A stretch of DNA of 64,000 nucleotides from Callorhinchus milii (GCF_018977255.1 NW_024704743.1:96350001-96414000), one strand, 5' to 3'. Positions 43,601-55,634 are shown, counted from the first letter of the stretch. A program made the numbers and translations. The notes: a model not told the origin generated them from the sequence alone.

Positions 43601-46600
43601 CTTTAACAACATCTCCATCAGACGTGTGGTAGCAGAGAGCAGCAGCAGTCAACACACTATACGAGAAACTCAAGCTTTCAACGTCAAGGATACATAGATC
43701 TAAAAGCTGGGCACGAGGAAAGACCAAAACATCATGAGCACCAGATTTATAAATTTTGATCATGTAATTACACAATTACTTACAACATCTCAACTTCATC
43801 AAACGTGGCAGTGGATCAACAGGTTTTCTAACTTGGTTTTTGACGAGTATTTAAAGGAACTTGCCTCTACATACACCCGTGTCTATCACATATAGGCCCA
43901 CCTCAAACAGACTGACCAACGCGATGGACACTGAGCAGGGAAATAACAGATTCAAAGACACTCACCAAAAGACGATCAAAGAAATCATGTTTTTAGTAGC
44001 TTTTTGCTGGCAGGGAGAGAGGTGGCAAAGCAAAGAGGTTTTTGGAGAAGAGTTCCAGAGGACAAGGGCAGGGAGGCTGAAAGCTCAGCCATTGAAGTGA
44101 AATGAAGAGCTTGATCAGCAAGCATTAAAAACCATTCAGAAGAATGGAGGGCAAGGACTGAAATATAGAGTTAGTGAAGATGTGGAAAGAGAGAGAGTCA
44201 ATGGCATTTAAAGATTCTGACATAGATCCTGAGATACTGGGAGGCAATGCAGGTCTAACCTCGGCACGATGGTTTGGCATTGCTATATGGTTTACATATA
44301 AGAAATGCAAAGATTATTATTATTATAACACCAGTAAGTGCTGGGGCCTGAAGGGAGAAGCAATCTAACCGTAGTTGTGCAATAGGTAACATGTACCACA
44401 GTACCTGAGCTATCTGTACAAAAGTATCCTGAGAATATTGAGGCAGCAGCATGTTACAGTGTTCCTTTCGACAGATCACTTGAAGGTAAAGGTTCAACCA
44501 GGAGATAACAGTCACTGGATACAGCTCCCAATTTAATGCCTTTTAAAAGAAACACAATTTAACTGAATAGGAATGGAAATCTCAAGTACAACAAATCATT
44601 GAGCATCTTTATAAACATCTTTATTGTGGAGTCCTGCAGCTCAGTGGTTAGAGCACTTGCCTCGCAAGATGGATTGTGTCCGCAGAGACACGATGCACAA
44701 ATCCCCAGAAAAGGGGGGGGAAAAGGGGTTACTAACGTTGTCCTGATCCTCATGGCCACCTTTGTGTGTAGCTGCCAGAGGCTGTGCCTGGAGCCCTGCT
44801 ACGCCAGCAACAAATGCCACTACATGTTGGGTTTCCACCTGTACCCAGTGCTGAGAAGTGTGGGTCTGGCAGAACTGCCTCGAAACATTCCACACAGTTG
44901 GAGCGTGCCAAACCACCTATCCTATATTGAGAACTTCCTGAGGAACACCATCCCAGACCCTCGCGCAATCAAAGAGTGGTCCGCGCGACAGGTAATCGAA
45001 ACAGTTCGAAAGGGGGAAAGGGTAGATCCGATCGGGAACTACGTCTGGCAAAATGCCTCGTCACCGGCCCTGACCAACAACCATTAAGACATGGCCTGGC
45101 TGGTGATTAATGGGCCCCCTCATGACTTTCATACACGGTCGAGGTCTGGGCCAGTCAACACTTTGCCCTCGGGACGGTTGCAGAGGCCCGGAGACCGTGG
45201 ACCACCTCTTCCTGGCGTGTTGTTTGGCAAAGGCAGTTTGGAAAAAGACAGAATGGATTCTCTCACGGTTCGTGACTCGGGACCCGCTGACTGAAATAAA
45301 CATGAGGGCACAGAAGGACACTCGAGATGTAACCAGAGTGTCCCGAAAATGTATGTACGGTAAACACGTGTGTGTACGGTGCACATCAGGCACCTTCCGA
45401 AAGCGGCAAGTGAGCATTAGGGTGTGTGCGGGCGCGCACATGGATTTGATGTACGTAGGGGGGACTCCCGACTGTTTTAAAGGGAGTGTCCCAAAAAAAC
45501 TTGGGCACAAACTGTGTGCGATGAAGGAATGTACTGTAAACAATGGAATGTTTTTTGTATCGGGAGAAAGGGGAAAAAATTGTATCAGAAGATGTACGTT
45601 GTGTTGGTTTGGGATTTCTGTTGTACCTAATAGATTTATAAGTAAATATATATTTTCAAAAAAAGTGTTCATAACTCACAGGAAACATTTTCAGTGGTTA
45701 CCTTTAGAATTAGGAGTTCCATATCAAGGATTTCATCCTCTGTACAGGCACCATCTGTGACATATGCAAACTCATGCAGTTTGGGAGGATAGATTTCCTG
45801 CAAAAAAAGTGGATTTCAAAATAAAGTTCAAAAGATTTTTTCAAACAAAATCCATGAGAATCATTACATCAACAACTTAGCAAAGTGAAATAATTTACAA
45901 GGTAATCAAAATCAAGTAAGATATTCTGCCATTCCAGTGCTCTCAACAGGAAGCTATGTGTACTTTAGCTGGTACCCAACACACTCTGGGATCCCCAAGC
46001 CTTTGGCTCCTGCGAACCTGTGCCTAATGCACTCCAGAATTAAGTAAGCTCTTGACCTCTCTACTGTTCCAGTATTTTAATGTTTAAAAACAAAGAGGAG
46101 GCCGGTCAGTATTGAGACTAATCTACCAGTTTATTAGATCATGATAAATCTAATTTCCCCATATAACAAAAAAATATACATTTATATAGCACCTTTCATG
46201 TTGGAAGGATGTCCCAGGGCGCTGGATAGTTAAAGGTCTGCACCCGAGTTGAGGGATAGAATCAAGAGGGGGGGAAGGGTAGAGGGGTGGGAGGATGGCT
46301 GAAAGCACGGCAAAGAGGAAAGTCTTCAGACAGGCCTTGAAGGAGGCGAGGGAGGGAGCGAAGAGGAGGGATTCTGGGATGGTGTTCCAGAGATTATTAT
46401 GAAAATACTTGTGAAGTAACATACATTATGTTTCTATTATTTATATGTCTCCCTTTTCAAACACCCCATCTGTTCCTGCCTCTATGGCCTTCTGGGCAAT
46501 CCATTCTCATTGTGCGTGAGGAAGCATCTTCTAAGCTCACTTGGCTCAAGTTACAGTGCAGTTCCAAGATTCTGTGCTTGGTATTGTTTGCTTACCTCTA

Positions 46601-49600
46601 GCTTTGCAGCAATGAAAAGTGAGGTGATGCCTATGAGCTGCAGCTTGCTTTTATGAATATTCTCTTGTGTAAACATGAATCGATCAAAGAAATCCTGAGC
46701 CAGGTAGAAGGTTTCTCTATGCAGAGTGTACACTTCACAAACCTGAAAGTCAATTTGTAGGCAAACATTAGAGTGCATCTTGCTCATCATTGTCAGACAA
46801 GTAGAATTAAAATATTTTTATAATAAAAAACATTGAGGCAATACCATTCCTACTATATAAAACCACCTTAGTCCCCAAATCCCATGTAGACTTGGCCTGC
46901 AAGATCATTTGGTCCTAAAACTTAGAAGAGTCAAATTGTTGAACATTTTCCCAATTCAGTTTTAATTTGGAAGTGCGTTGGAAACATTCTCTAGAACAAC
47001 AACAAAATGACATTTGTACAGCGCCTTTCATGTCGGGAAGACATCCCAAGGTGCTGGACAATCAGAGTTTCGGACCCGAGGTGTGGGTTGAGATCGGGGA
47101 GGTTGGAAGGCAGGGGGTGGGAATGAGGGTGATCGAAAGCACGGTCAAAGAGGAGGTCTTGAGATGAGTCTTGAAGGAGACAAGGGAGGGGGCGAGGCGG
47201 AGGGAATGCGGGATGGAGTTCCAGAGGGTGGGGGCAGAGTGGCTGAAGGCCTGTCCACCAATGGTGGGGTGGGCGAGGCGGGGGACGTGAAGCAGGACGG
47301 AGCCCTCTAAGCTGAGGGAGCAGGCAGGATGGTAGGGTGTTAAAAGGTCGCAGAGGTAGGGGGTAGCAGGACCATGGAGGGCTTTGAAGGTGAGGAACTG
47401 TATCTTCTGTGTGATGGGAAGCCAGTGGAGTCGGGCGAGGATGGGGGTGATAGGGTCACGAAGACTGGTGCGGGAGAGGTCATGGGCTGCAGAGTTTGGA
47501 TGAACTGCAGCCTATGGAGGGAGGAGCTGGGGAGGCCGACAAGCAGGGAGTTTGCACAGTCAAGCCTCAATCCTATGAATGCGTGTATGAGGGTTTCGGT
47601 GGCCTGTAGTGTGAGACAGTGGCGGAGTCGGGCAATGTTGCGGAGGTGGGGGAAGGCAGAGCTGGTCATTGCACCGATGTGGGGTAGAAAGGATAGTTGA
47701 GAGACAAACAAGATGCCAAGGTTCCCAACTGGTTCAGTGAGTTAAGAGCGTTCATTCTTGGATGGTGATGTTGATAGCGCCTGAGGTGTGGAGGGGCTGA
47801 CGGGAGCCAATCAAGAGAGCCTCAGTCCTGTTGACATTCAACTGAAGCTCTCATCCAGACCTTAATGTCTGACAGGCAGTCTGTCAGCACAGCAGTGGTC
47901 CTGGAGTCGAGGGTGGAAGCAGAGAGGTAGAGTTGGGTGTCATCCACATACATGTGGAAGTTGACCCCATGTTTGCGGATGATGTCACGAAGAGGGAGCA
48001 TAAAGATAGTGAAGGGAAGGGGGCTCCGTGAGGAACACCGCACAAGACGGTGCGGGGGCTGGAGGAGAAGCCGTTTGTGGAGATGAAGTGGAGGCGGTGT
48101 GAGAGCTACGATCTGAACCAGTCGAGGACAGAACCATGAAGGTTGACAAATCAGATTATGAAACACTGTTGCTGATTGCTACATATCGCAATCTTTTATT
48201 CCGTCTCCTTAACAGGGAATCTACGTCTGTGCTGTAATCCTTCATTTCAGTCAGGGAATCAGTTAAGGCATTATAATTTTCCTTAGCTTTTGGAGGGAAG
48301 CAAATTCTGTATATTACTTTTCTCAGCGCTGATGCAAGCTTTTGGCTGCTTGGAAAGTACAGCTGAGAGCAGCCACACACTAATGGTTATCCCAGAATTT
48401 TTTTTAAGACTGGGACTCCTCACACTTTGCAGTTTACCAGCAAAAAGCCTAAGGAATTAGAGAGCAAGCGCACAGTAATATCCACACATGGCAAGACACA
48501 AAGGATCACAAGGGTACCTCACCTCTATGAGCCAGTCCAGCAGAATTGCCCTCATTTTTGGTTGCAGGGAAGGGTGTAGCGATAGAACATTTTTGTTATG
48601 AGTATACTTGGTTTCTTTCTTCAGCATATTTGTCCATACAGCTTCAGAGTTTCCCCAGCTATTCATATAGAAAATAAAGTGAAATTTCAGCTTGAAAAAA
48701 GCAGGTACAGCAAGCTGTCTCTTTTCCTATCTACACTTTCCCTGAAGTGCAAAGAACTTGCAATTTTATTGCTATATACTTATACGCTCCCCAGTTCAAC
48801 ACGAAGTGTCAGACTAAGTATTGATGTGAGGCTTGAACCTACAACCTTCTAGAACAGAAGCAAGAGTGTCACCTACTACTCACTTCCATGTGCCAGTCTC
48901 CATTCACAGTAAAATGGCTGACTATAGGTCAGCAGGTCATGGGAGGCACTTCCTGCTTTGCTGTGCACACATGTGTCAAAGTGCCCACATTGTCACAGGT
49001 GCTGTCCTTTGGATGGGACGTTTAACCCCGGTCCTGTCTGCTTGCTGAACACAGTCACTACACTCATTTTAAAATTCTGTGAACTGCATTGCGACGTCTC
49101 GTTACAATGCTGAACATTAGTTATTATGACCTCGGCGCTAATTCAGGCTTCGCTGGCTGGCTGAGTATCTGCTCTGGGACAGTGGTCGGTTCTGGCTGCA
49201 GGGGGTCTGTGCAAAATGTTAGGACCATTATTAACCGTGTTCCAGCTTGCACACATCCACAAAACAAAACTGCTGGCGAATGAGCATTAAATCAACAAGC
49301 TCGGACTGCTCAAAAGCACAGCTGCAGCTGGTGTTAGAAATGCAACACTGGTGCAATAGGAGTGTTCTGTTCTGAGGCTGGAGATAAGGCATGTCATTCA
49401 ACTGAACAGAAGGAGCTTTACCCTGCATCTGGCAAATACTATGCTTCAGGCAGGCCCAGAGATGTTCTGTTTCGTAGCACCAATATTCTCAGCATAGACA
49501 ATTGTCCTCCCCAAATCTGCTGGTCACCTATATAACACTTCCCATGAGGAATTGCACATGGGTGGTGAGCAGAATTCCTGACTCATGGGACAGATGGGAG

Positions 49601-52600
49601 ATAAGATTGAGCAGATCAGCTGTTTACAGCAACTGCACTGGCGAGATGACGGATTTTTGAGAAAGAGAAGTGCACATTGTTTGAGAACAACTTAATACTG
49701 TAGAGGGGAAATAACACCAGCAGATCATTCAGTATAAATAGAAACAATTAGGTCAGATTTTTTTCCCCAGCTAGATTTCCCTAATCCTGCGAGTTTTCAA
49801 GTCGGAAGAAACTTTTAAAGGAACTTCCCCCCCCCCCAGATTGCTCAGCAATTTTACTCAGTGCGATAGCTGAGCCATGCAGACTGACAAGATTCCAGAT
49901 TTAATCCCGGTATATACTGAGTTACTGATCTCAGGGCAGAGTACTCTGATTTGCCTTAAGGTTTGGCATTAGTAGGCGGAGTAACGAAAAGTGACTAGTT
50001 TCTGTGGAAGGGAGTTGGGGGGAGGGAGTCAAGCATCTTGAAAATAAGAACTTGTGCATTGTTCTATCTTCCACCTGAACATATGCCCCCTCCATTTGAA
50101 AATGCCACTCTTATCAGCTCCAAAGTGGTCCGCGACCTCCATCTCAGGCAAGGTGTTCAGTCATTTCTCACTCTCTGGCCAAGTACTTGGCATCTCTACG
50201 CAAAGTCGTGGGTGAAAGCCTACAGGCTACCACCCTGCAATAAAATGTGTTGAATCACACACAATAAGCAAGTCATCACATTTTACTTGCGCACATTAAT
50301 CATTTGCCCGCCTTCACCATCTGAGTCATTGGCTGGACACTCAGGTATCACATCCAACTCAGCACAAGCAGTGCATTGGGTTACAATCATCACAGAACGT
50401 TACAGCACAGAAACAGGCCATTCGGCCCAGCAAGGCCTACGCTGATGTTGAAATTTCTCCACTTGAGTCTCCTTATCTAATCCCTCTCTCCTAGTGGCTG
50501 CCCATACCCTTTCACCTTCCTCTTTCTTGAACAACAATTTTCCTTCTTAAAATAAACTGAATGTCTCTGCTTCAACTATAGTATTTACGTTCGCCCACAA
50601 ATATACAGTCAATTCACTTTACAGTGTGTTCTGTGAAGCGCTTTGGGACGTCCTCCCGACGTGAAAAGCGCTATATCAAATGCAAGGATTATTATTATTA
50701 TTATTACCTGAGGGCTGGCAGTGGTGACTTGGCTATGAACAGGTTTTTAAACCTGTATTGTGTGAACCCGGAATAGTCTTCAATGACCTCGGTCTCTTTG
50801 TGCGGCGTGGGGATGAGGGTGCAAGGACTCACTCCTCCAGGCACTATGGGAGCCCAGCAATTCTATCAAAGGGCAAAAGAAAAACAGCATGGGTCAAGGC
50901 ACAAACACCTGAATTGAGACCAAGAGCAATAAGTACAGAGTTATCACCAGACAATGGCAAAGCATTGAAAACAAAGGCGCTTAAAAAATAATCTTAGACT
51001 CACTAGGTTTTAATAAACTAGGAGTTAAAGGAAAAGGCATACACACTGATACACACATACATAGACACACAGACAGACAGACACACACACACACACACAG
51101 AGACAGACAGACTCAGGTCACTGCCCCACCAGGATCATCTGTCAAACTACACAAGCTCCCTCTGCAGGTCTGTGAGTGGAATATACAATTATGTCAAAGT
51201 TTAAGGGCAACAATACAGCGGGTTCATTCATTACATTTTGCCCCATAATTAACAGGAACGTGAAATCGCAACATTCCCCACGAATAAAACTCAGCTAAAC
51301 TGTTTCTGCATGAACATAACAACATTCAGCCCAGCCCCAGCCCAGTGCGAGGCAAGTGGCTCAGGCCTCAGAGCTGTTTGAACAGTAGAAAGCCCAGCAG
51401 AGAGCCAGCAGCCAGCCCTGAGAGCTGGGACCATATAAACACACCAAGCAATAACACAACAGTGCAACAGTCTGAGGGGAGTCAAATGTCTCTTCATCAC
51501 CAGCTCTCCAGTGAAGTTAGACCAGAAAAGGTCTGTCTGGAGGCTTGCCCCAGGGTAGGGGTTTGCCTGTGCTGGGCTGGGCTCTGGGTCAGGGCTGTGC
51601 TGGGCTGTGCAGGGCTGGGCTGTGCAGGGCTGTGCAGGGCTGGGGCTGTGCAGGGCTGGGGCTGTGCAGGGCTGGGCTCTGGGTCAGGCCTGTGCTGGGC
51701 TCTGCAGGGCTGGGCAGGGCTGTGCTGGGCTCTGGGGCAGGGCTGTGCTGGGCTCTGGGGCAGGGCTGTGCTGTGCTGGGCTGTGCAGGGCTGGGGCTGT
51801 GCTGGGCTCTGGGGCAGGGCTGTGCTGTGCAGGGCTGGGGCTGTGCTGGGCTCTGGGGCAGGGCTGTGCTGGGCTGTGCAGGGCTGGGGCTGTGCTGGGC
51901 TGTGCTGGGCTCTGGGGCAGGGCTGTGCTGTGCTGGGCTGTGCTGGGCTCTGGGGCAGGGCTGTGCTGTGCAGGGCTGGGGCTGTGCTGGGCTCTGGGGC
52001 AGGGCTGTGCTGTGCAGGGCTGGGGCTGTGCTGGGCTCTGGGCAGGGCTGTGCTGGGCTGTGCAGGGCTGGGGCTGTGCTGGGCTGTGCTGGGCTCTGGG
52101 CAGGGCTGTGCTGTGCTGGGCTGTGCTGGGCTCTGGGGCAGGGCTGTGCTGTGCAGGGCTGGGGCTGTGCTGGGCTCTGGGGCAGGGCTGTGCTGGGCTG
52201 TGCAGGGCTGGGGCTGTGCTGGGCTCTGGGGCAGGGCTGTGCTGTGCTGTGCAGGGCTGTGGCTGTGCTGGGCTGTGCTCTGGGGCAGGGCTGTGCAGGG
52301 CTGGGGCTGTGCAGGGCTGGGGCTGGGTCAGGGCTGTGCTGGGCTCTGGGGCAGGGCTGTGCTGTGCAGGGCTGGGCTCTGGGTCAGGGCTGTGCTGGGC
52401 TGTGCAGGGCTCTGGGTCAGTGCTGTGCTGGGCTCTGGGGCTGTGCTGTGCAGGGCTCTGGGGCAGGGCTGTGCTGTGCAGGGCTCTGGGGCAGGGCTGT
52501 GCTGTGCTGTGCTGGGCTGTGCAGGGCTGGGCTGTGCAGGGCTGGGCTCCGGGGCAGGGCTGTGCTGGGCTGGGCTGGGCTGTGCTGTGCTGGGCAGGGC

Positions 52601-54697
52601 TGGGCTGGGCTCCGGGGCAGGGCAGGGCTGTGCTGGGCTGGGCTGTGCAGGGCTGGGCTCTGGGTCAGGGCTGTGCTGGGCTGTGCTGTGCAGGGCTGGG
52701 CTCTGGGGCAGGGCTGTGCTGGGCTGTGCTGTGCAGGGCTGGGCTGGGCTGTGGCTGTGCTGGGCTGTGCTCTGGGGCAGGGCTGTGCTGGGCTGGGCTG
52801 TGCAGGGCTGGGCTGGGCTGTGCAGGGCTGGGCTGTGCTGGGCTGTGCAGGGCTGGGCTGGGCTCCGGGGCAGGGCTGGGCTGGGCTGTGCTGGGCTGTG
52901 CAGGGCTGGGCTGGGCTGTGCTGGGCTGTGCAGGGCTGGGCTGGGCTGGGCTCCGGGGCAGGGCTGTGGGGCAGTATTTCAGTTGCTGATCAGCCAGATT
53001 CCACTCTGCTCTTTTTAAAAGAAGTTTGCGAGGGAAAAGTTCCCGCGTTTACTCATTTCCGTCTTAATTTAACACGTATTTCTAGGCATTTCAAGCCCCG
53101 ATCTGGCGATCTTGAGCAGTCAGCACACGGATTGCACTTGTGCAAGGAATATAGCATTAGTGTTTTTTTTTGCAAGCTCTGCTGGGTGGCCAAAGCCGAT
53201 CTGCGGGGCCGGACAGGCAAGTCAAACAACAGCGATCTCTGCAAAAAGCCACGTCTTGAGTTGTTCAATGAGACGAATATTCGGATTTATTTTTTTTTAA
53301 AAAAAAGATGTGCTGTAGGTTTGCAGAGCGTTTAATGTGGGGAAACCCTGATCCAGCGCCCAAACCCCAGTGAAATCAACCTGGTTGCTCACTGCAATCT
53401 ACTAGGAAGTGGGCTTTAATACCCTGCTTTTGGGGCATTTAGGCTATTTTTTTTTAAAGATATATATGTGTATATAATTGCCTGGCATTATAGATTTTTT
53501 TTTGCATCTCATGCTTTTTTTTTTGGGGGGTGTTTCCGCTGACGATTTGCAATAAAAGAACAAGTCCACAGATACTTGAGCCTCTGCAAGGCGGGAGCGC
53601 CAGGAACCAAAGGACCTCCCACAAGAACCAGGAACCGGCTTCAGCGCCCAAACTCTGCACTGCAGCCAAAAGGCTCGACTCATCCACAACTCCCTCTCCC
53701 TCTCTCCACTCAACTGACCAGCAGACCAGCAAAGCCCCCACTCCCCCAGCCCTGAACCGTGGCTTTGCTTTGCCATCAGCTTGCAGCACACAATATTACA
53801 CTGTTGTAATGGAGCAAAATATTATCAGCTCCAGCTATGATCTCTCTACCCCCCCCCCCACCCCCCACCACCCCCACCCCACTCACATATACACAGCAAT
53901 CCAGCCAGCACTTCATTGTAAACGCTATCCCCTCTAATTATTATTATTATTATTATTATTAAATGTAACACTCCATTCACGTCAATACACCATATATCTT
54001 TCAAGTTGCATGATCTCTTGCAGAGGCCAGTATATTTAAAAAAAGCAACAAAATAATAACTAAACTACAGGCTGATATTATAACCACATTATACAGTGTA
54101 TAAATAAATGTGTGCTCTGAACTGGACAGTTCTCATTGCCCAGTCAGCCAACATAATTCTCTCCCTTATATATACAGTGCACACACATGCAGAGACACAT
54201 CTACACACACACACACACACACACACGTTTAACATTGCAATAAAGTGGTTGGATCCCACTGGAGCATATTACTCCTACGTCTAATAATTCACTACCTTTA
54301 TCTGGAACTGTCGTCTTCTCTTGTTCAGTTCCATTTCATGGTCATTTTGAGGACATTCCTAAAAAGGAGGGAAAGCACACCAGTTGTCATTGCAGCCCAG
54401 GCCACTAACTCTACCCAAACTAAAACCAACGAGGGTGACTGCACTCACTTCACCCTTTCTTTTTCTCATCTCTCCAAAGTCATCCTTTTGATCCTCTGGC
54501 TTGCTCTGCTTTGCTTGCAAACGGCCACTAATTAATAAATAAGAGTTTGAAAAGTTAGGGCTGAAATAATAATTGATGCAAAAGTGCATATATATATATA
54601 TATTTCTTTTTTTTTTTGGGGGGGGGGGGGGGGAGACGAGACTGGAAAACAGAATAAAGATTTAGTTAATAACGTTTTCTCACCTGCGCCTCGACAT
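40512..54697 (-). CDS. CCNE2: G1/S-specific cyclin E2, whole gene span (11 coding exons, 1212 nt, 403 aa)
   Basis: The spliced translation begins [12 protein letters not shown], contains the cyclin box [33 protein letters not shown], and ends with [13 protein letters not shown] (Fbw7 degron). The E2-type N-terminus and adjacency to INTS8 support CCNE2 over CCNE1. Confidence 0.95.
40725..42000 (-). mobile_element. L2-clade LINE ORF2 (RT) fragment with internal deletions
   Basis: [19 protein letters not shown]...[29 protein letters not shown]...[14 protein letters not shown]. Confidence 0.9.
42375..42532 (-). CDS. CCNE2: CCNE2 coding exon 10
   Basis: [21 protein letters not shown]...[17 protein letters not shown]. 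Confidence 0.95.
43595..43706 (-). CDS. CCNE2: CCNE2 coding exon 9
   Basis: [37 protein letters not shown]. Confidence 0.95.
44405..44539 (-). CDS. CCNE2: CCNE2 coding exon 8
   Basis: [45 protein letters not shown]. Confidence 0.95.
44628..44668 (+). mobile_element. SINE tRNA-like head fragment (A box to anticodon loop)
   Basis: GGAGTCCTGCAGCTCAGTGGTTAGAGCACTTGCCTCGCAAG matches the 5' end of the 58974 copy. Confidence 0.8.
44669..45664 (+). mobile_element. Tx1/L1-clade non-LTR retrotransposon 3' fragment
   Basis: Frameshifted ORF2 C-terminus GGGKGVTNV...[10 protein letters not shown]...DMAWLVI...[19 protein letters not shown] (CCHC zinc finger), then 3'UTR and short A tail. Confidence 0.8.
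45702..45797 (-). CDS. CCNE2: CCNE2 coding exon 7
   Basis: [32 protein letters not shown]. Confidence 0.96.
46596..46742 (-). CDS. CCNE2: CCNE2 coding exon 6
   Basis: [49 protein letters not shown]. Confidence 0.96.
46995..48135 (-). mobile_element. L2-clade LINE ORF2 3' fragment
   Basis: [31 protein letters not shown]...[12 protein letters not shown]...[21 protein letters not shown]. Confidence 0.9.
48523..48658 (-). CDS. CCNE2: CCNE2 coding exon 5
   Basis: [46 protein letters not shown]. Confidence 0.95.
50582..50706 (+). mobile_element. SINE 3' tail abutting the CCNE2 exon 4 donor
   Basis: cgttcgcccacaaatatacagtcaattcac...aaatgcaagg(att)n, nearly identical to the 59175-59293 tail. Confidence 0.9.
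50708..50862 (-). CDS. CCNE2: CCNE2 coding exon 4
   Basis: [51 protein letters not shown]. Confidence 0.94.
51567..52972. repeat. GGGCT/GTGCT/GTGCA/GGGCA pentamer-based satellite, ~1.4 kb
   Basis: Irregular concatenation of 5-7-nt units; the plus strand is G-rich. Confidence 0.96.
54296..54358 (-). CDS. CCNE2: CCNE2 coding exon 3
   Basis: [21 protein letters not shown]; ctttttag| and |gtagtg; phase 0-0. Confidence 0.85.
54449..54527 (-). CDS. CCNE2: CCNE2 coding exon 2
   Basis: [26 protein letters not shown]; tag| and |gtgagt. Confidence 0.9.
54684..54697 (-). CDS. CCNE2: CCNE2 coding exon 1 (exon 54720-54684; ATG at 54697)
   Basis: ATG TCG AGG CGC AG|gtgag on the minus strand; upstream acceptor ttttaag| at 54721. 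Confidence 0.9.
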
Positions 54698-54957
54698 CCT
54701 CTTCGCCGATCTATGTGGTCCTTAAAATATAAACGATAAAAAAAAAGCATTTACACGAACTGCACCGAGAGGTCTTTTTCTCTTTGAAAAAAAAACAAGG
54801 CACAAGTTCAGCAAAAAGCCACACGACACTGACTTCTCGCCATTCCTGGATAAACACCAGCCTTGGATCTCGGTGTTTAGGATAGTGGTGAAAATAATAA
54901 AAAAAAGGGTTTGAATAACCAGTTGGATGTGCAGTCCCTGAGCTGATGTGGTGTGTG

Positions 54958-55420
54958 TGGGGGGGAGAGGGGTGTTGGGGGTGAGAGGGGTGTTGGAGGG
55001 GGGGAGAGGGGTGTTGGAGGGGGGAGAGGGGTGTTGGAGGGGGGAGAGGGGTGTTGGAGGGGGGGAGAGGGGTGTTGGAGGGTGAGAGAGGGTGTTGGAG
55101 GGGGAGAGAGGGGTGTTGGAGGGGGAGAGAGGGGTGTTGGAGGGGGAGAGAGGGGTGTTGGAGGGGGGGAGGGTGTTGGAGGGGAGAGAGGGGTGTTGGA
55201 GGGGGAGAGAGGGGTGTTGGAGGGGGAGAGAGGGGTGTTGGAGGGGGGGAGAGGGGTGTTGGAGGGGGGGAGAGGGGTGTTGGAGGGGGGGAGAGGGGTG
55301 TTGGGGGGGGGGAGAGGGGTGTTGGAGGGGGGGGAGAAGGGTGTTGGAGGGGGGGAGAGGGGTGTTGGAGGGGGAGAGAGGGGTGTTGGAGGGGGAGAGA
55401 GGGGTGTTGGGGGGAGAGAG
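54958..55420. repeat. G-rich ~21-bp minisatellite (GGAGGGGGAGAGAGGGGTGTT)n
   Basis: ~22 units with variable G-run length, in the first intron of CCNE2. Confidence 0.95.
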
Positions 55421-55499
55421 GCAATGGGCGCAGATCTGCTCCACCTCAATTGCATCTAATGCATTTTTAGTGGGAAAAACCCCGATGGGCTGCTGGACG

Positions 55500-55536
<37 letters not shown>

Positions 55537-55623
55537 CCCCGGGGTCGGTGCTGGTGTTGCCCAGTCCCAGATCCCAAGCCACCGTTTGATCCATGTTTCA
55601 AGTTATTTTATCTCCCGGTTCGG

Positions 55624-55634
55624 TTCCGCGCCAA
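55624..55634. promoter_or_regulatory. E2F-type site TTCCGCGCCAA in CCNE2 intron 1
   Basis: Resembles the overlapping E2F site TTTCGCGCCAAA; cyclin E genes are established E2F targets. Confidence 0.5.

Noticed and set aside
49860..49960. LF-SINE-like ancient element (also ~29500-29760)
   Set aside because: The resemblance is from memory only and the sequence is too degenerate to support without a Dfam search.
51345..53335. 460-596-aa Gly/Cys/Ala/Leu-rich ORFs (keratin-associated-like)
   Set aside because: All three frames are open because the pentamer satellite lacks stops; it lies within a CCNE2 intron.
53480..53545. Candidate CCNE2 exon (…[13 protein letters not shown]…)
   Set aside because: Splice sites are poor and the sequence is homopolymer-rich; the phase 0-0 exon at 54296-54358 fits better.
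54711..55594. Pro-rich and Gly/Glu-rich ORFs
   Set aside because: These are translations of the G-rich minisatellite.
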